A stretch of DNA of 64,000 bases from Nageia nagi (lineage: Eukaryota; Plantae; Pinophyta), in contig JBITNC010000001.1 in NCBI GenBank assembly GCA_050084985.1, positions 134,912,001-134,976,000 on the forward strand, written 5' to 3'. The notes below the pieces were generated by a model, which made no database searches, had not been told where the DNA came from, and saw only the letters and a program-made list of their open reading frames with translations. Of this stretch, positions 26,072-39,000 are shown one piece after another. Position numbers and translations under genes: made by a program. The stretch's first letter is position 1; each line of letters opens with the position of its first letter.

Positions 26072-26220
26072 TTTCCCGGGCTCCCTCTCCGCTCCGGGCT
26101 TTATCTCATTTCTCCTGGACTTATTGATTCCCGGCTTTATTAACTCCGGGTGCTACCATTATCCGGGAATTATTGATTCCGGGTTTTATTAACTCCGGGT
26201 GCTACCATTCTCCAGGACTT
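26072..26220. repeat. ~49-bp tandem repeat inside a CCGG-rich intron-1 segment
   Basis: ttattgattcc.gg.tttattaactccgggtgctaccatt at 26121 and 26170. Confidence 0.85.
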
Positions 26221-27553
26221 GTTGCACCCGTCTGTCTATTTTGGTGAGTGATGTTATTGTTTTAGAGCTCGGATCCCAGGACCAGGATTTATTGCATTGT
26301 TACGTCCCTCTTGCACTGCAACCTGGATTTACACTACGGAAACATTCCAATAAGGGATTTCTGCCTCTGAATTAAATACTCAACTGCCGACACTAGTTTC
26401 TGTAGTAACGTTTTGTACAAAAATGGTTGATCTACCTTCTTCAACCATTTAATGTGTTTCAGACATTGTGCATACAAGGGCATAGGCTTCCTCTACTCTG
26501 TGCAGAAAGGATAATAGAATGCGTGCATGAAACCATGCTGCATTTGATTGTATTTTGACCAAGTAAAAGGCATATAATATTAGATAGCCTATGTGTAAAT
26601 TAAGAGGAAAGAGGAACATAGAACATAATAGCTGTGTATGTTTTCCTTGGTCTCCAGTATCTCGCTGCATAATTCCATTTGTGGTTAACCTTACTTCTGG
26701 CTTTCACATTATTTGTATATTTTTCTTCAAAATCTTCAATTTAAGTTTGTGAATTTATCATTGTTTTGCTAAAATCTTCTACAAACGTCTAAAGTTCAAA
26801 AGAACAGATTAATTGTGTGCAGGATTCATGCTTTTGAATTTATGGTTTCTTTGAAAAGTTTCTACAAGGAACATTTAAGTTACCAACCAGAAGAAGAGGG
26901 AGATGGAGAAGTCCTAAAATGGTTAGTGTGGTGAACACAAAATTTGAAGATTATATCACAGTAATAAAGTCGTAAAATGTTTAGTATGTTGAACACAACA
27001 TTTGAAGCCTTCAACACAACTTTAAAAATTGAATTAAGCAAAAAAGTGGCTATCACTTGAACCAGAAAAACAAAAACGAAAGGAGTTGAAGTTATAGGCC
27101 TAAAATTGTTAGGATGTAGTGTATTTAGTGTTTGAAGCCTTCGACCTAACTTTAAGAACAGAAGTAAGACAAAAGGATCCTATCACTTCAGTAGCCCTGA
27201 CCAGTTTCTCTGCCCAGAAGATAAATAAAAATGGGAGAACTCAAGACTCCCCATGAATTTTAGAAGGATTACTAAATCACATCACTAGTCGATCTAGGAT
27301 AGAGGCATTTGATTGTTTTAAGTTTTGGTTAAGATGGGAAACAAACATCTGTACCTTTTAAGGGATATAATGAGAATTTTTGGTCATAAATATATTGTTT
27401 CTTATCCACTGAAAACAGATTTTTACTCAGGTGAAGATATTTAAACAAACCTAACTTGTTTTGTGATTTCAAAGTGAACATATCTCTTACTCTCTTACTC
27501 CTTGGTGTTTCCTAGATGTCGTTGAAAATTCTGTACATAATACAGAAACTCAT

Positions 27554-28057
27554 GATGCACTGCAAAAAGGAGTTGGTATTACAGTCAATGCCACAGAGTT
27601 TGAAAGGGTGTTTATTACTTCAATTATGTCTGAATGAACAGGCCTGATGTCTGAGAAGTGTCTTTCATGGAGCTCCCCCTCCATTGCTTTTACAATTGTT
27701 GTCAGAAGGAAAAGCTCTTTGTAGGTCTGTTTTCAACAATACCCAACCCAACATCATGTATGGGAAGAGCACAAATCGCTTAGGCTGCCAAATTCGTTAC
27801 ATAATATAACAATTAACGATGTACTGCAAAAAGGAGTTGGCATTACAGAGTCACAGACAATGCCACAAAGTTACGTTTAAGACTGCAATTATGTCTGAAT
27901 GAAATGATCTGATGTCTCAGAAGTGTATTTAATGGAGCCCGCTCCCCTCAATTTCTTTTACAATCATTTTCAAAAAGAAAAACGTTTTGTACTCTGTTTT
28001 CAACAATACCCAAACCAACATCATGTGTAGGAAGAGCACAGATCTCTTAGGCTGCCA
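27554..28057. repeat. Diverged tandem duplication, period ~264 bp
   Basis: gatg.actgcaaaaaggagttgg...ttaggctgcca at 27554-27790 and 27818-28057. Confidence 0.9.
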
Positions 28058-29232
28058 GAGACAGGCTTTTGCTACTTCCACGCTTGTTCCAAAAAACTAT
28101 CAGAACTTAATCTAATCTGTTGCGTGCAGTCCTAGATGGAAAAAGGCATGAAGATCAAATTTCTATGTTGCAGGTAATTTATATTAAGGGGTCGTTTCCC
28201 ATTTTGGATATTGAATTTCTCTGGAAACTCTTCTGGCAGCTTTTCCGAAGAAATGGAAACTAACCAGAAACGTTTCCAGGCCATTTCCAGCATTGTAATT
28301 TTCCAATCAAAAGGAAGTTCCGTATGACTCTAATAGTGGGAATTTTTTGTAAAATTTGTCCACGATACGCCTCCATTGATCATCAATAGAGACCTGGAAG
28401 TGAAAGGAATTTTCATATACTGAATGATATTATTAGGCTTTTCCATCTAGAGTGAACTGATCTGGTGGTTCATCATGTCTAATAATCAAAACCTTTGTTT
28501 TTCCCGTACTTAAATTTTTCTATTTGAGAGGAGTGTCATTTGGCTCCCTATTGTCATGTCATAGTAGCTGATAAGGCTATCAAAATTGCAGAACAATGAG
28601 ATGCTTTTTACTTACCGGCGAATAACTTTGAAATCTGCAGTTACACCTGAGCACGCACAACAATCTAAGGAAGGCATTTATGTAATGTGGTGCATTTCTG
28701 GTTAAATGATAAGCATATGACACTTACTAGTAGATATTGTTCATGTTCATTTTGGAGCCTATAACGTAATTTGAAACAGAAACCATGAAAGAAAGAATTT
28801 GAAATTTTTGGGAGGTACCTTCCAGCATAAAAAGAAAATCAGCGAGAACTATGAATGGAGATTGAGAGTATCATCATCATGTATGTTTTGTTTGAATCAT
28901 TTCTTTGTTTTTTCTCACGATCTTGGTTGCACATTTCTTAAGTGGATCATAGTATCTTTCATCCTCATTGGTTGCCCATATGGTAAACTAGATGGCTATT
29001 CATCATCTTAAAAATATTGTTGCTGTATTTTTAAGTGGAAAATGAGGGAGAAAGTCTTATCTATGTTTTTCTAATCGCAAGCAGAACACACTTATCGAAA
29101 TTGAAATATACATTTGTCTTAAAATGGTTGTCAAGGGGTTGTCTATTCTGTCAAAATTTACTTGGAACTTACACTCAGCCTTATCCATTTTTGGCTTGCA
29201 ATATCATAACCACCTTAACATAAGACACATAG

Positions 29233-29300
29233 CTGGAGAGTTTGAACCAAAGACCATCATCATGGCAATTGCATCCACTTACCACTAAACCTTGGCGTTC
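29233..29300 (-). mobile_element. tRNA-derived SINE-like head (degenerate)
   Basis: Minus strand aggtttagtggtaa (A-box-like) ... ggttcaaactc (B-box-like) at tRNA-like spacing; 5' part duplicated with period ~43. Confidence 0.4.
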
Positions 29301-29806
29301 TGCACTGATCTCGTAACTTCCTTACCACTAAACCTTGGCCTTCTACGCTGATCTCATTCCTTTGAATTCTCCAGTTTATTTGTCAGATTTGCATGGACAC
29401 TGGTGCAAATTTATGCAAGCAATAAATATTCAGAATTGAAATTTCGGATGATAGACACAATAAAGAGTTTATGAGATGCGTGGGACAACATGCAGTGGTC
29501 TTTTAAAGGCTATATCACCCTTTTAACTTCAACATTTATATATTAAAATTAAGCTGAGCTTTACCTCAAGTAGTACTTAATTATTGTACTTACTTGATGC
29601 AGACATTAGCCGTATTAAAAAGATGCATGTACTTTGTATGACGCTATCTTTTTCATGTATATAAGATGAAGGCATAATAAGGCATGATTCAAGAAGATAG
29701 TGGAAGGAAGACTAATTATGATATTGTCTCTTATGGCTGGATATTGCATGTCGAAGAGAATTGTGCATAGAAATGAGTTGTGATAAATTTTCTTCTCTCT
29801 TGACAG

Positions 29807-29931
29807 ATGGCATGATGCAGGCACTTATGATGCCAAAACAAAGACAGGTGGGGCGAATGGTTCAATCCGAAATGAGGAGGAATACAGTCACGGTGCAAAC
29901 AATGGCTTAACAATTGCCCTTGAGATGTGTG
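29807..29931 (+). CDS. APX3: Ascorbate peroxidase exon 2 (distal Trp/His)
   Basis: tgacag|A TGG CAT: [42 protein letters not shown]|gtaggt; phase matches exon 1. Confidence 0.97.
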
Positions 29932-31599
29932 GTAGGTCATTCTTTTGATTGATAATTATTTGTGTCAAACAACTTAATTCATTTCCAAGCTCGATTTTTA
30001 TTTGTAGACATAAGGTCAGTTCTGATGTTACTAAAATGCTTCTTTTCTGGTTTTCTTAATATTTGTTTTCAGGTTCACTTTCATGTTTAAGGTACATGGT
30101 CAGATGGGGTTACATGTTCTAGATTACAACTTCCATTTCCAATATGCCTTTTTGTTCTGCTATACTTTCACAAACAACCTAGTTCTCCAAGTACCTTTCT
30201 TGTTGAATTTATTTTCTGGAACCCAGACAGCCTTTTAATTGGGGATTTATGTATTATTCTCTGTAGCGAGCTGGGAAAAAAGGAAAAAGGTTAATTTTGT
30301 TGGATAAGTCTAATTTGGGAAGGTAATTTTACATGAAGAAGGTTGTTTTTGAATAAAACTTATCGTGCAAAGAAAGCTAAATTTAGGGAAAACCACATGA
30401 GTTTTACTATACTTAAAAAGAAAGTTAATGCCTTGAGTAGAAGTTTTTTTAAAAACTAAATAGGAGAGCATTAATTGTAATGAGGACGATTCAGTTAACG
30501 AAATAAAGTCCTATAGAGATTCTTCTTGTTAGATTGGTTTCTCCACGCCACTAGGAGTAGCACACCTGAGAGATTGGACTGTCTTTGTTTGCCGGAACAT
30601 ATATCATTTTTTGCAGTCTTGAACATTATTTTTTTGTGTGAAATTTTGCTTAATTAATGTTTATATTGCCTAAAGGATCATTACAGTAGTATTAGAGCAT
30701 TGACTCTACAAATATGTGAGTAGAGGGAGTTTGAGTGTGAGTAGAGGGAGTTTGAGTAAGGAAGTTTTCAACCTTTGGTTCAATATTTGATGGACATGAT
30801 TCAAATCAGGCAATTGCTTTTACAAAATAGCAGTGTTAGACAATTATCGAATATCGAGGACTAGGGAGACAAAAAGCTGATTTTCAAATAAAATAATAAA
30901 TATTAATAAAATTTGCAGATTTTCAAATTTATGAAAAATAAATAAATAAATTTAAAAAAAATTAATTTAATTTTAAATAAAATTAAAAATAAATAAATAA
31001 AATTTAAATAATTTACTTTACTTTAAATTAAATTTAAAATAAATAGATAAATATATTAACTAATTTGAATTGATTTTACATTAAATTAAATTTAAAATAA
31101 AATAAATTTAAATAAATAACTATTTTTAATCAAATTAAATTTAAAAATAAATAAATAAAATAAAATAATTTAAATTTTCATAAACATAAACGATTAAATG
31201 AAAAATAAATAAATAAATAAATTTAAAAACATTTTTTTACAACCCTAGACGCATATGCATAGTTATCCTTTGGATGTCACCTTTTAGGGGATGTTTTGGG
31301 GATAACTCCTGGGGGACGAAAACATTTTGGGTATTGTTGTGTTTGCACAACACGCCTCAAAATACGAGATTTTGGGAACTCTATTTTTGCAAAGACAATA
31401 AGGTGCATTGCTTAGAGATTGGCTTTTGGCGACGAATAGTTCATTCTGAAGAGTGCAAACATGATATCAGGGAGCGATTCAAGGAGATCTTGCAACGAAG
31501 ACCTTGAAGAGTATCCAGTCACTAGTTTTGGAGTTACGGAGCCAGGATCTGAGATACAGCAATAGAGCACGGATTTTTCGATCTAGAGTGCATTCAATG

Positions 31600-32200
31600 C
31601 ACATGGGGTTTGTTTTTCAGAGCTTGAGCTCACGGATGCCAAGTGTGGCAAAAAGGCATGTTTTTTTCAGGATTCAAACACAAAGGTGCCCAAGTGACAA
31701 AAATGAACGTTTTTGTCAATTTTGAGTCCGGGTGTAGTGAATATGGCTAAGATGACAAAAATAAGTGTTTTTGTCAATTTTGATCCCGGAAAGTCGAAAA
31801 GGGCAAGTATGATAGAAATTGTGCGTTTTTGCCAATTTTGAGCCTGGAAATGGTCAACAAGGCAAGAATGTGCGTTTTTACACATTTTGGATCCGAAAAG
31901 CTCAGAAATGGTAAAAAATGTAAGGTTGAGCTTAGAATGCTCGAAAAGTGTGATTTTGGCTGGGAATGCACATAAATGCTCAGTTTTACCAAAAATGGCT
32001 GAAAATGTAGAGTTTGAACTCTGAAGTTCTGAAAATTCCAAAATGATCGTTCTTCAGAGTTTAAGCTTGGTTTTGACCATAAATGCCATAAATGATTGTT
32101 TTTCAGAGTTTGAGCTCAAAAATGTCGGGACTGATCGGAATTGCATAGTTTGAGCCTGGAAACGACGAAAAGTGTGGATTTGGTTAAGTTCAAGCTCGGA
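31600..32200. repeat. Degenerate ~50-58 bp minisatellite
   Basis: ttttg(t/c)caattttga at 31711, 31769 and 31827. Confidence 0.8.
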
Positions 32201-32329
32201 AATGGTGGATATGGGTCCAAAATGCACAAGGTGTGCCCAACGAGCACAATTTGAGGATTTTAGTGATATCAGAGCCTAGGTTTTTACACATAGCTCCCAC
32301 GAATGGCAAAATATGAAATTTTTTCAAGA

Positions 32330-33420
32330 GACAAATGCAAATGGTGTCGAAAATCAAGTCTAAGAGTGTCATTGTTGAGATAAGGTTATTTCTAACATAT
32401 TTAGGAGTTGAAATTTTCGATTTTGACCAAGTCTTGAGCCCTCCAAGCCTTGGCACAGCTTTTCAAGCCAATGGAAATCCATTGAGGTGTATTTTGGTGC
32501 CTGGCTACCAAGGGAAAAATGAAATTTGTCTCGAAAATCAAGGGAGATGGTTTGATTGCATGTAAAATCCCATTCTAAGGCACTTTAGGTTTGCAAAGTT
32601 TTGATTTTGACCAATGAAGGTGCCCTAAAATCCTAGGCGCAAGTTTCCAAGTGATTGGAAATCCATAGACTTGCATTTTGGCACCTAACTTGAAGGAGAA
32701 AAATGGATTTTGACCAAAAGACCAAACCAAAGGCATAGATTGATGGAAAAAGGGGGTTCAAGCACTTTTAAGTCTTCAATTTTTCAAATTTGATCAAGTT
32801 TTGAGGCCCAAAAAGCTAGGCGCATGTTTTCAGCTCTATGGAAATCCAATGGAGTGCCTAAGTTGCCAAGAATTGACAAATTTGGTCCAAAAATCAAGTT
32901 GGAACCTTTCATTGCATAGAAAAAGGCATTTCTAGCACATTTAACACTTGAGATTTTTGATTTTGAGCCATGGAAACCCCTCAAAAAGGAAGGCACAGAT
33001 TTTCATGTCATTGGGAATCCATAGACTTGAAAATTAGTGTGTAACATGGAAGAATGTGAAGATTTTGCTCAAAAATCAAGTTTTTTGACATATATGCATA
33101 GAAAATGCCCTTTTGAGAACATTTAAACCTACAAATTTTTGATTTTGAGCACATATAAAGCACCAAAAAGCTAGGCACAGTTTTTCCAATTTTTCCAAAT
33201 CCATACAAGTGAAAACTAGTGCCTAACTTGAGGAGGAACATCAAATTTTGCTCAAAAATCGAAAATTTTGCCTTCATTGTATGGAAAGTGAAATTCTAAG
33301 CAATTTTAAACTTTGAAATTTTTGAATTTGCGCAAGTTAAAGGGCTCAAAAATCTAGGAGGCATTTTTCATTCCTATAGAAATTTCACTTTTTTTTTACC
33401 AAACGAAATCCATAGACATG
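32330..33420. repeat. Satellite-like tandem array, unit ~183 bp, 5-6 diverged copies
   Basis: tggaaatccat anchor (or variant) at 32472, 32656, 32839, 33012 and ~33194. Confidence 0.85.
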
Positions 33421-35345
33421 AAAATGGAAAAAATTGTCAAAATCTCAAATCCTTCATAAAACCTCCTAAAAAAACTCCAAAACCTTTCAAAATTTGCCAA
33501 GCACTTTGTAATCCCATCCTCCATCCATCCATAAGCTCAAATCCACTTTTTAAAAAATTTCCAAATTTTGGACCCTCCAATTTTTTTTCAAAAAATAAAC
33601 CAAAAAATCCACTTTTTCAAAAAATTTCTCTCAGAATCCCTTGAAAATTTGCCACAATGATCACATCATGGGCAAATTCAGATTCAAAGAAGGAAGGAGC
33701 TCAAAAGACTGTCAGAAGGATCTAGAACAAGGATTTGGAGCTCCAATTTTTGACAAATTGATGTAAAACGCCTTAAAATGCATGTTGAAGGGCATCAATT
33801 TTTGTAAATATTTTATTTTTAGCATATTTTAGTGGATGAGACTGTTCTCCTACTAAAACGATATTGTAATCTCAATTTAGCATTCAAATTAGCATTTTAA
33901 AGCTTTTTAAAGAATTAGGGCAACACCCTCAAATTGTGACCTAAAAAGTCTATAAATAGACCATAGGGGGTCGCATTTTGAGGTAGAATGTTGTCCAAGA
34001 AATTTCCAATTTTCTTCAAAATTGAAATTTTTTGTAATCGAGGAGCCAATTGATGTACTTATGTAAAACTCTTTTGTAAACATAATACAAATGGCTACAA
34101 GTTGATTCAAAGTGTGTTTTCATCTATGGGAGTGGTGGATTTATCTTTTTAGAAAAATTTCTATAATTTAAACATTTTCGTGCTTTCTCTTTGAAAACTC
34201 TCGAGTTTTAGGAGAATTTGTTGTAAACTTGTCAAAATGTTTGAATTGTCTTGAATTGTTGCTAATTCATCACTTGCTTGTTAAATGTTTAGTATTCTGA
34301 ACCGACTTTCTCTTAAGATATCTTCCTAGATCTCTTGTTCAAAACTATCCACCTTCACTCATGCTTAGTCCACTTGGTTGCATCGATCCTATTCACAGAG
34401 TACCGACAATCAGTTCCGCTTCTCACATATCTTTGAAATGATTGGACAATAGTCATCCATTTCAAAGACTTAATTGAATCAAACAAGATTTCTTGTCTGA
34501 TCCGAGAGAGAGAATGTTTAGACAATGCTGCATTGTGACTACCTCTTTGACGTCTAGCCACTATTCGGCCTCATTCTCACTTTTTCTTTTCTTTATTTTA
34601 CATTTTCTTTAAAAACTTATGGCAACTTTCGAACTATTGTAAGATAACACATCTCAGTCTCTACAAAAAATGTGAGTTAACAGTTATTACCTCTACTACA
34701 CCACTCATCTAATTCCCAAACAAGACCTACAAATTTAAAGGTCGTATTAACAACACGAGCTTTACGATAGAAACCTTGGGGTATCAGTCCTTACAAGTGG
34801 AGTTCAGTAACATGTTCTCACCTACATGTTGTGTCGCTTTCCCGTCTTGATCGTATGGGCACTTGCTCCCTAAAAAAAGTGGAAGGTGCGGAACCATTTG
34901 TTCCTTTGTGTTGGGAATGTTTGGGGGATGAGGACGCCCCTTCTAAGGGGGGGCGTGTCCCCATGTATCCCTGCAAACAAACAGTTGTAGAACCTTTTAT
35001 ATAATTAATCTTCACATGGAGCCGAGGTCTTGCTTAGGCAATAAACTAGACAAGAACAAGGAGTTTTTGACCATCCACCTATATTGCCATCTCTTCTCAA
35101 GCAAAGGAATACAAAGATATGCAGGATATTCTAACGAGGGTCCTTTTACAAAATTATATTTTCAGCTCTATGATGATTTTTTTTAAAATATTGGTAAAGC
35201 CCTTTTTAAATTTCAGAGAAGGTTGCTTAAACTCCTTTTACATGTCTCCCATGGAGCGCTCCCTTTACTTCCCCAGCTCCGTTAGCATGGGTGGACAAGC
35301 TCCATGATGATTGTTCTTTCTTATGCATGATCATTATTTTTGAGT

Positions 35346-35480
35346 GTATTTACATAGGTCATTGTTGATTTTGAAATCTGTAGTATATAATATTCTAATT
35401 GGATCCTTGTTAAAATTTCTTACTTTCACATTGTATTCCTTCTCTAGGGAGGAGAGTGTAATTTAGTTGGATGAACAAAA
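35346..35480. repeat. Inverted repeat arm 1 (pairs with 43480-43621)
   Basis: Reverse complement aligns with 43480-43621 (ttttgttcatcc..ctaaattacactctcctccctaga.aaggaatacaatgtgaaagtaa...ggatccaattagaatatt...ttcaaaatcaacaatgacctatg.aaatac). Confidence 0.9.
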
Positions 35481-36061
35481 ACTTCTGTTCTTGTCTTGTA
35501 TGTTAAGCATGGTCTCAAGACTCCCAACCCTATAGATGAGATCTATGGGAGGAAGATGTAAGGCTTTTTGCTTTGTAAGAATGGCTCCTTGCATGGTTTG
35601 AATCAATGGCTGATAACTTTCATATACAAAATATTCAGTCTATTTCTTTCTTCATTATATTCATTTTAGAAATATTGTTTCTTGTAATGATCCTTTTTGT
35701 AATCTAAACTTAAATTGGGTAGAAGTTGCCACAAAACAATAATATTTAAGATTGTAAATTAAAAGCATTACTATTCAAGGTGAGGGATATGACCTTGCAA
35801 ATTTTCTTTCAAAAGAGGAGCCATAAATATATACTGTTACAAAATTCATCGAATTTCATCCATGAAGTTCGAAATTTGACAAATTTCAAAAGGAACCCAT
35901 TTTACTTGATGAATTTGATTTGCCTTGATTTTGTTTTGCCTATGCATAGGCCACGACTATGTGAGGTCAAGGCTTGCGCGCCTCGAGGCCTTTTTTTTAA
36001 TTCATTTTTATTACGTTTGAAATGTATAATTTTTTATTGTTAAATTTTTAAGAATTAATTT

Positions 36062-39000
36062 TTTTTTTTGAAGGAAAAAGACTTTATATTATATTAAGAA
36101 ACCTTCTTCATACAAAAATGCGGGTGGAATTTGCACACCCTGTATAACATACCACCAACAATACAAAATTTTCAACTTTTCAAAAGATACCGACAAATAA
36201 AAAAAACCATGACTGTCATGAGAAATCGTTACCACCAACACACATCTCAAAGTCCAACCAACCAACCAATCAACAAGCATTTAACAGTAATCTGACATCA
36301 GAGTGAGAAGGGCGGAAGTTATCAACAAAGTTCATATGCTCCTACCCCCCATTATCATCAGATGTGACATTCCAGCCATCATTATCGGTGGCTCTATCAT
36401 TGGCTTCCCCTCCTTCAATGCGGACACGCTTCTCATTCCCTAGAAGCTTATGAGACCTAGGTTGCAACTCATCTCCCTAAACCACCACATGAGTAGACAA
36501 AGAGGGTTGAACATCCCATCCGTTGTTTATACGGAGGTCGGATATCCTATCAACTGGAATTGCTTCTTGCATACGACAATGCTTCTACGAGGGCTGAGAC
36601 CAATGACGCTACGGTGAAGGAGCTGAGCTGTGTGCATTATACGGGTGATGGCCAGGATTGTGGCTGTAGGAGCAACAATGACCACCGCCTCCTCAACTCC
36701 AAGATCGCTCCGATAGTGGAGGAGCAACCTTTGACGGAACATAACTGAGAGTATAGGGAGCATTCCCCAATGGTCAAGCAGATTCCGTAAATGTTGCACT
36801 TCCACGGTCACTTTTTCTTGAACCATAATTTGCAACCATGAGTCTAAAAATACAGAGTACTTATCAACAAGAGAGAAAGAAGTTGAAGTCTCTTGTGTCC
36901 CAAAGATAGTATTGTTTCTAATTTTCCATAGATGATAGAGAATACTAATCCGAAAAACATGCCAAACTTCACTGAGAGGTTCTGAAAACACCACAGGATC
37001 TCCTAGGATAACATGAACCCAAATAATAAGAGAAGTAAGGAAATGATTGAAAAAGAGAGAGAACCAATTTCATGCTTCACAAGCTTTAGGACAAGACCAA
37101 AACACACGAACAAAATCTTCCGGTTCCAAACAAAAAGCACAAGTTAGGTTAACCACACCCAAATACACACAATGGTGGCCAATAGGAAGTCCTTGATGAA
37201 GCAAATTTCAAGCAAAGAAACTTTGCTTAGGTTCTAAATACTTAGCCTAGACTACATTGAACCGAAGAGACCACCGCGACTAAGTAGACACCAAATCCCA
37301 CCGCAAGTTCAGAGTATCAACCATGGGAACATTGGGGGAAAGCCAAGTATATCCAAGATGAGGCTTATATTCCAAAAAACTAACATTCTTGGGCCAAGAC
37401 CAATCAGACCACCAAGGTTTTTGAAACTGCTTGCCAAGCCGAGATCAAACAGAGAAAGGAGTACGGTCAATCATAACATCAAAAGTGGTCTTATCATTCA
37501 CCTTCAGACTGTAGCGCCTTCTGAAAACTTTCTAAGAGAACCAACTCTTGGTGTGAGGATAAAAAAAATCAGAAAGAGAATTTATTCCCTTTTTACGAAA
37601 CCTTAAAGCTCGAATCCATTGAATTTTAGCCAAAGGAAGACCTTCAATGCGAATTATAGGAGACGACCATTAAATTATTGTGGAAATTGAGGCCCTTGCA
37701 AACTTATTGCGAAGTTGCCATGAAAGTTAGGGCTTGAAGGCTTCCCAAGCTTTCCAAATTCTCTTGATAACAAAAGAGCTAGTAATTTTGACCAGAAGAG
37801 AAACCGTAAGAATTGTCTGCAGAGACATGCCTTTCCAAACTTTCTTGCCAAAGAGAAGACCTGAGGCCAAACAATGATGAATAATAATTTTCTAGGCTTC
37901 TTCTCTAGTTAAGGCTCTTAAAATCCACTTTGCACAAAAAGCCCTTGGCTCTGGTAGTTAAACATCCCAATACCTCCAACAACCTGAGGAAGACAACAAA
38001 TATTCCAAGCCACTCTATGAAAACCTTTCTTATGAGCATTAGAGGCCGAAATAAAATCGCGGAGAAGCTTATCAAGTTTTTGATAACAAGCTTTGGAAGG
38101 GACCCAACAAGAAGAATAGTAGACATGGGTAGAAGCCAACACCTTGGAACAAATTTGAAACTTCCCAGCCAAACATAACTTCTTAGTTTCCCAATAACTA
38201 AGCCTTTTTTCAACTTTTTGCACTACAAAATTCCAAAGTTGAGTAGGAGAAGCTTGGAAGGCAAAATGAATTCCTAGAAATTTGAACATGTCACCATTTT
38301 GAATCCACTTCCAAGGAAAATGAGCAAGCCAATCAGGAAGTGTATCAAGAGGTTTTTTGCCATTGAATACTAGAACCTAAAGCTAAGCAGAAAGTATCAA
38401 GGCATTTGAGGGCATTCGTAATAGATTGCTAATCTTCTCTAAGAGTGAGAAAGGAATCAATAGCAAAATGGCTGTTTAAAAGCTGAACTTGAGAGTTAGG
38501 AAGGGCAATCCCCTTAAGAAGACCTTTGGAAGCTTGATGAGTAAGAAGATAGCCAAAGGCTTCAGCAGCAAGAGTGAATAGAGAGGGGGCTAGAGGACAA
38601 CCTAGGCGAACAAATCAAGCTAAAACGACAGACTCATATTGGGTCCCATTCATAGTGAGAACTGCAGATGCATCTCTGAAAAGCATCTGAATAGATTGTA
38701 AGAAAACAAGGGCAAATCCCAAAGCTTGTATCATATCAATAAAGAAATTCCATTCAATCTGATCATATGCTTTCTCAAAATCAATTTTAATGAATAGAGC
38801 ATCTTGATTAGAGAAGCGAGCCCATTCCATGCCTTCCCAAACTGCAATTACATTATCCAGAATATATCTTCCCATAACAAATCCAATCTGCTTAGGACAA
38901 ATAATAAGGGGAAGCAAAGACCGAAGCTTAAGAGCAAGAGCCTTGGCTATGATTTTGTAGCTCACATTTAATAGAGTGATGGGATGCCAATTTGTAATCA

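Larger units (their letters stand above)
30831..34600. mobile_element. Non-autonomous DNA-transposon-like element (hAT-like CAGTGTT start) with internal tandem arrays; right end unclear
   Basis: cagtgttag at 30831, then an AT-rich arm; a related arm recurs at ~47180-47220; no TSD found. Confidence 0.35.

Noticed and set aside
25770-26192. 140-aa ORF as a nested gene
   Set aside because: GTG start, no recognisable motif; openness is explained by GC-rich repeats.
31600-33420. CRISPR-like array or coding ORFs
   Set aside because: Whole units are homologous, with no unique spacers; eukaryotic context; the ORFs are repeat artefacts.
34355-34561. 68-aa ORF as a transposase or host exon
   Set aside because: No recognisable domain in any frame.
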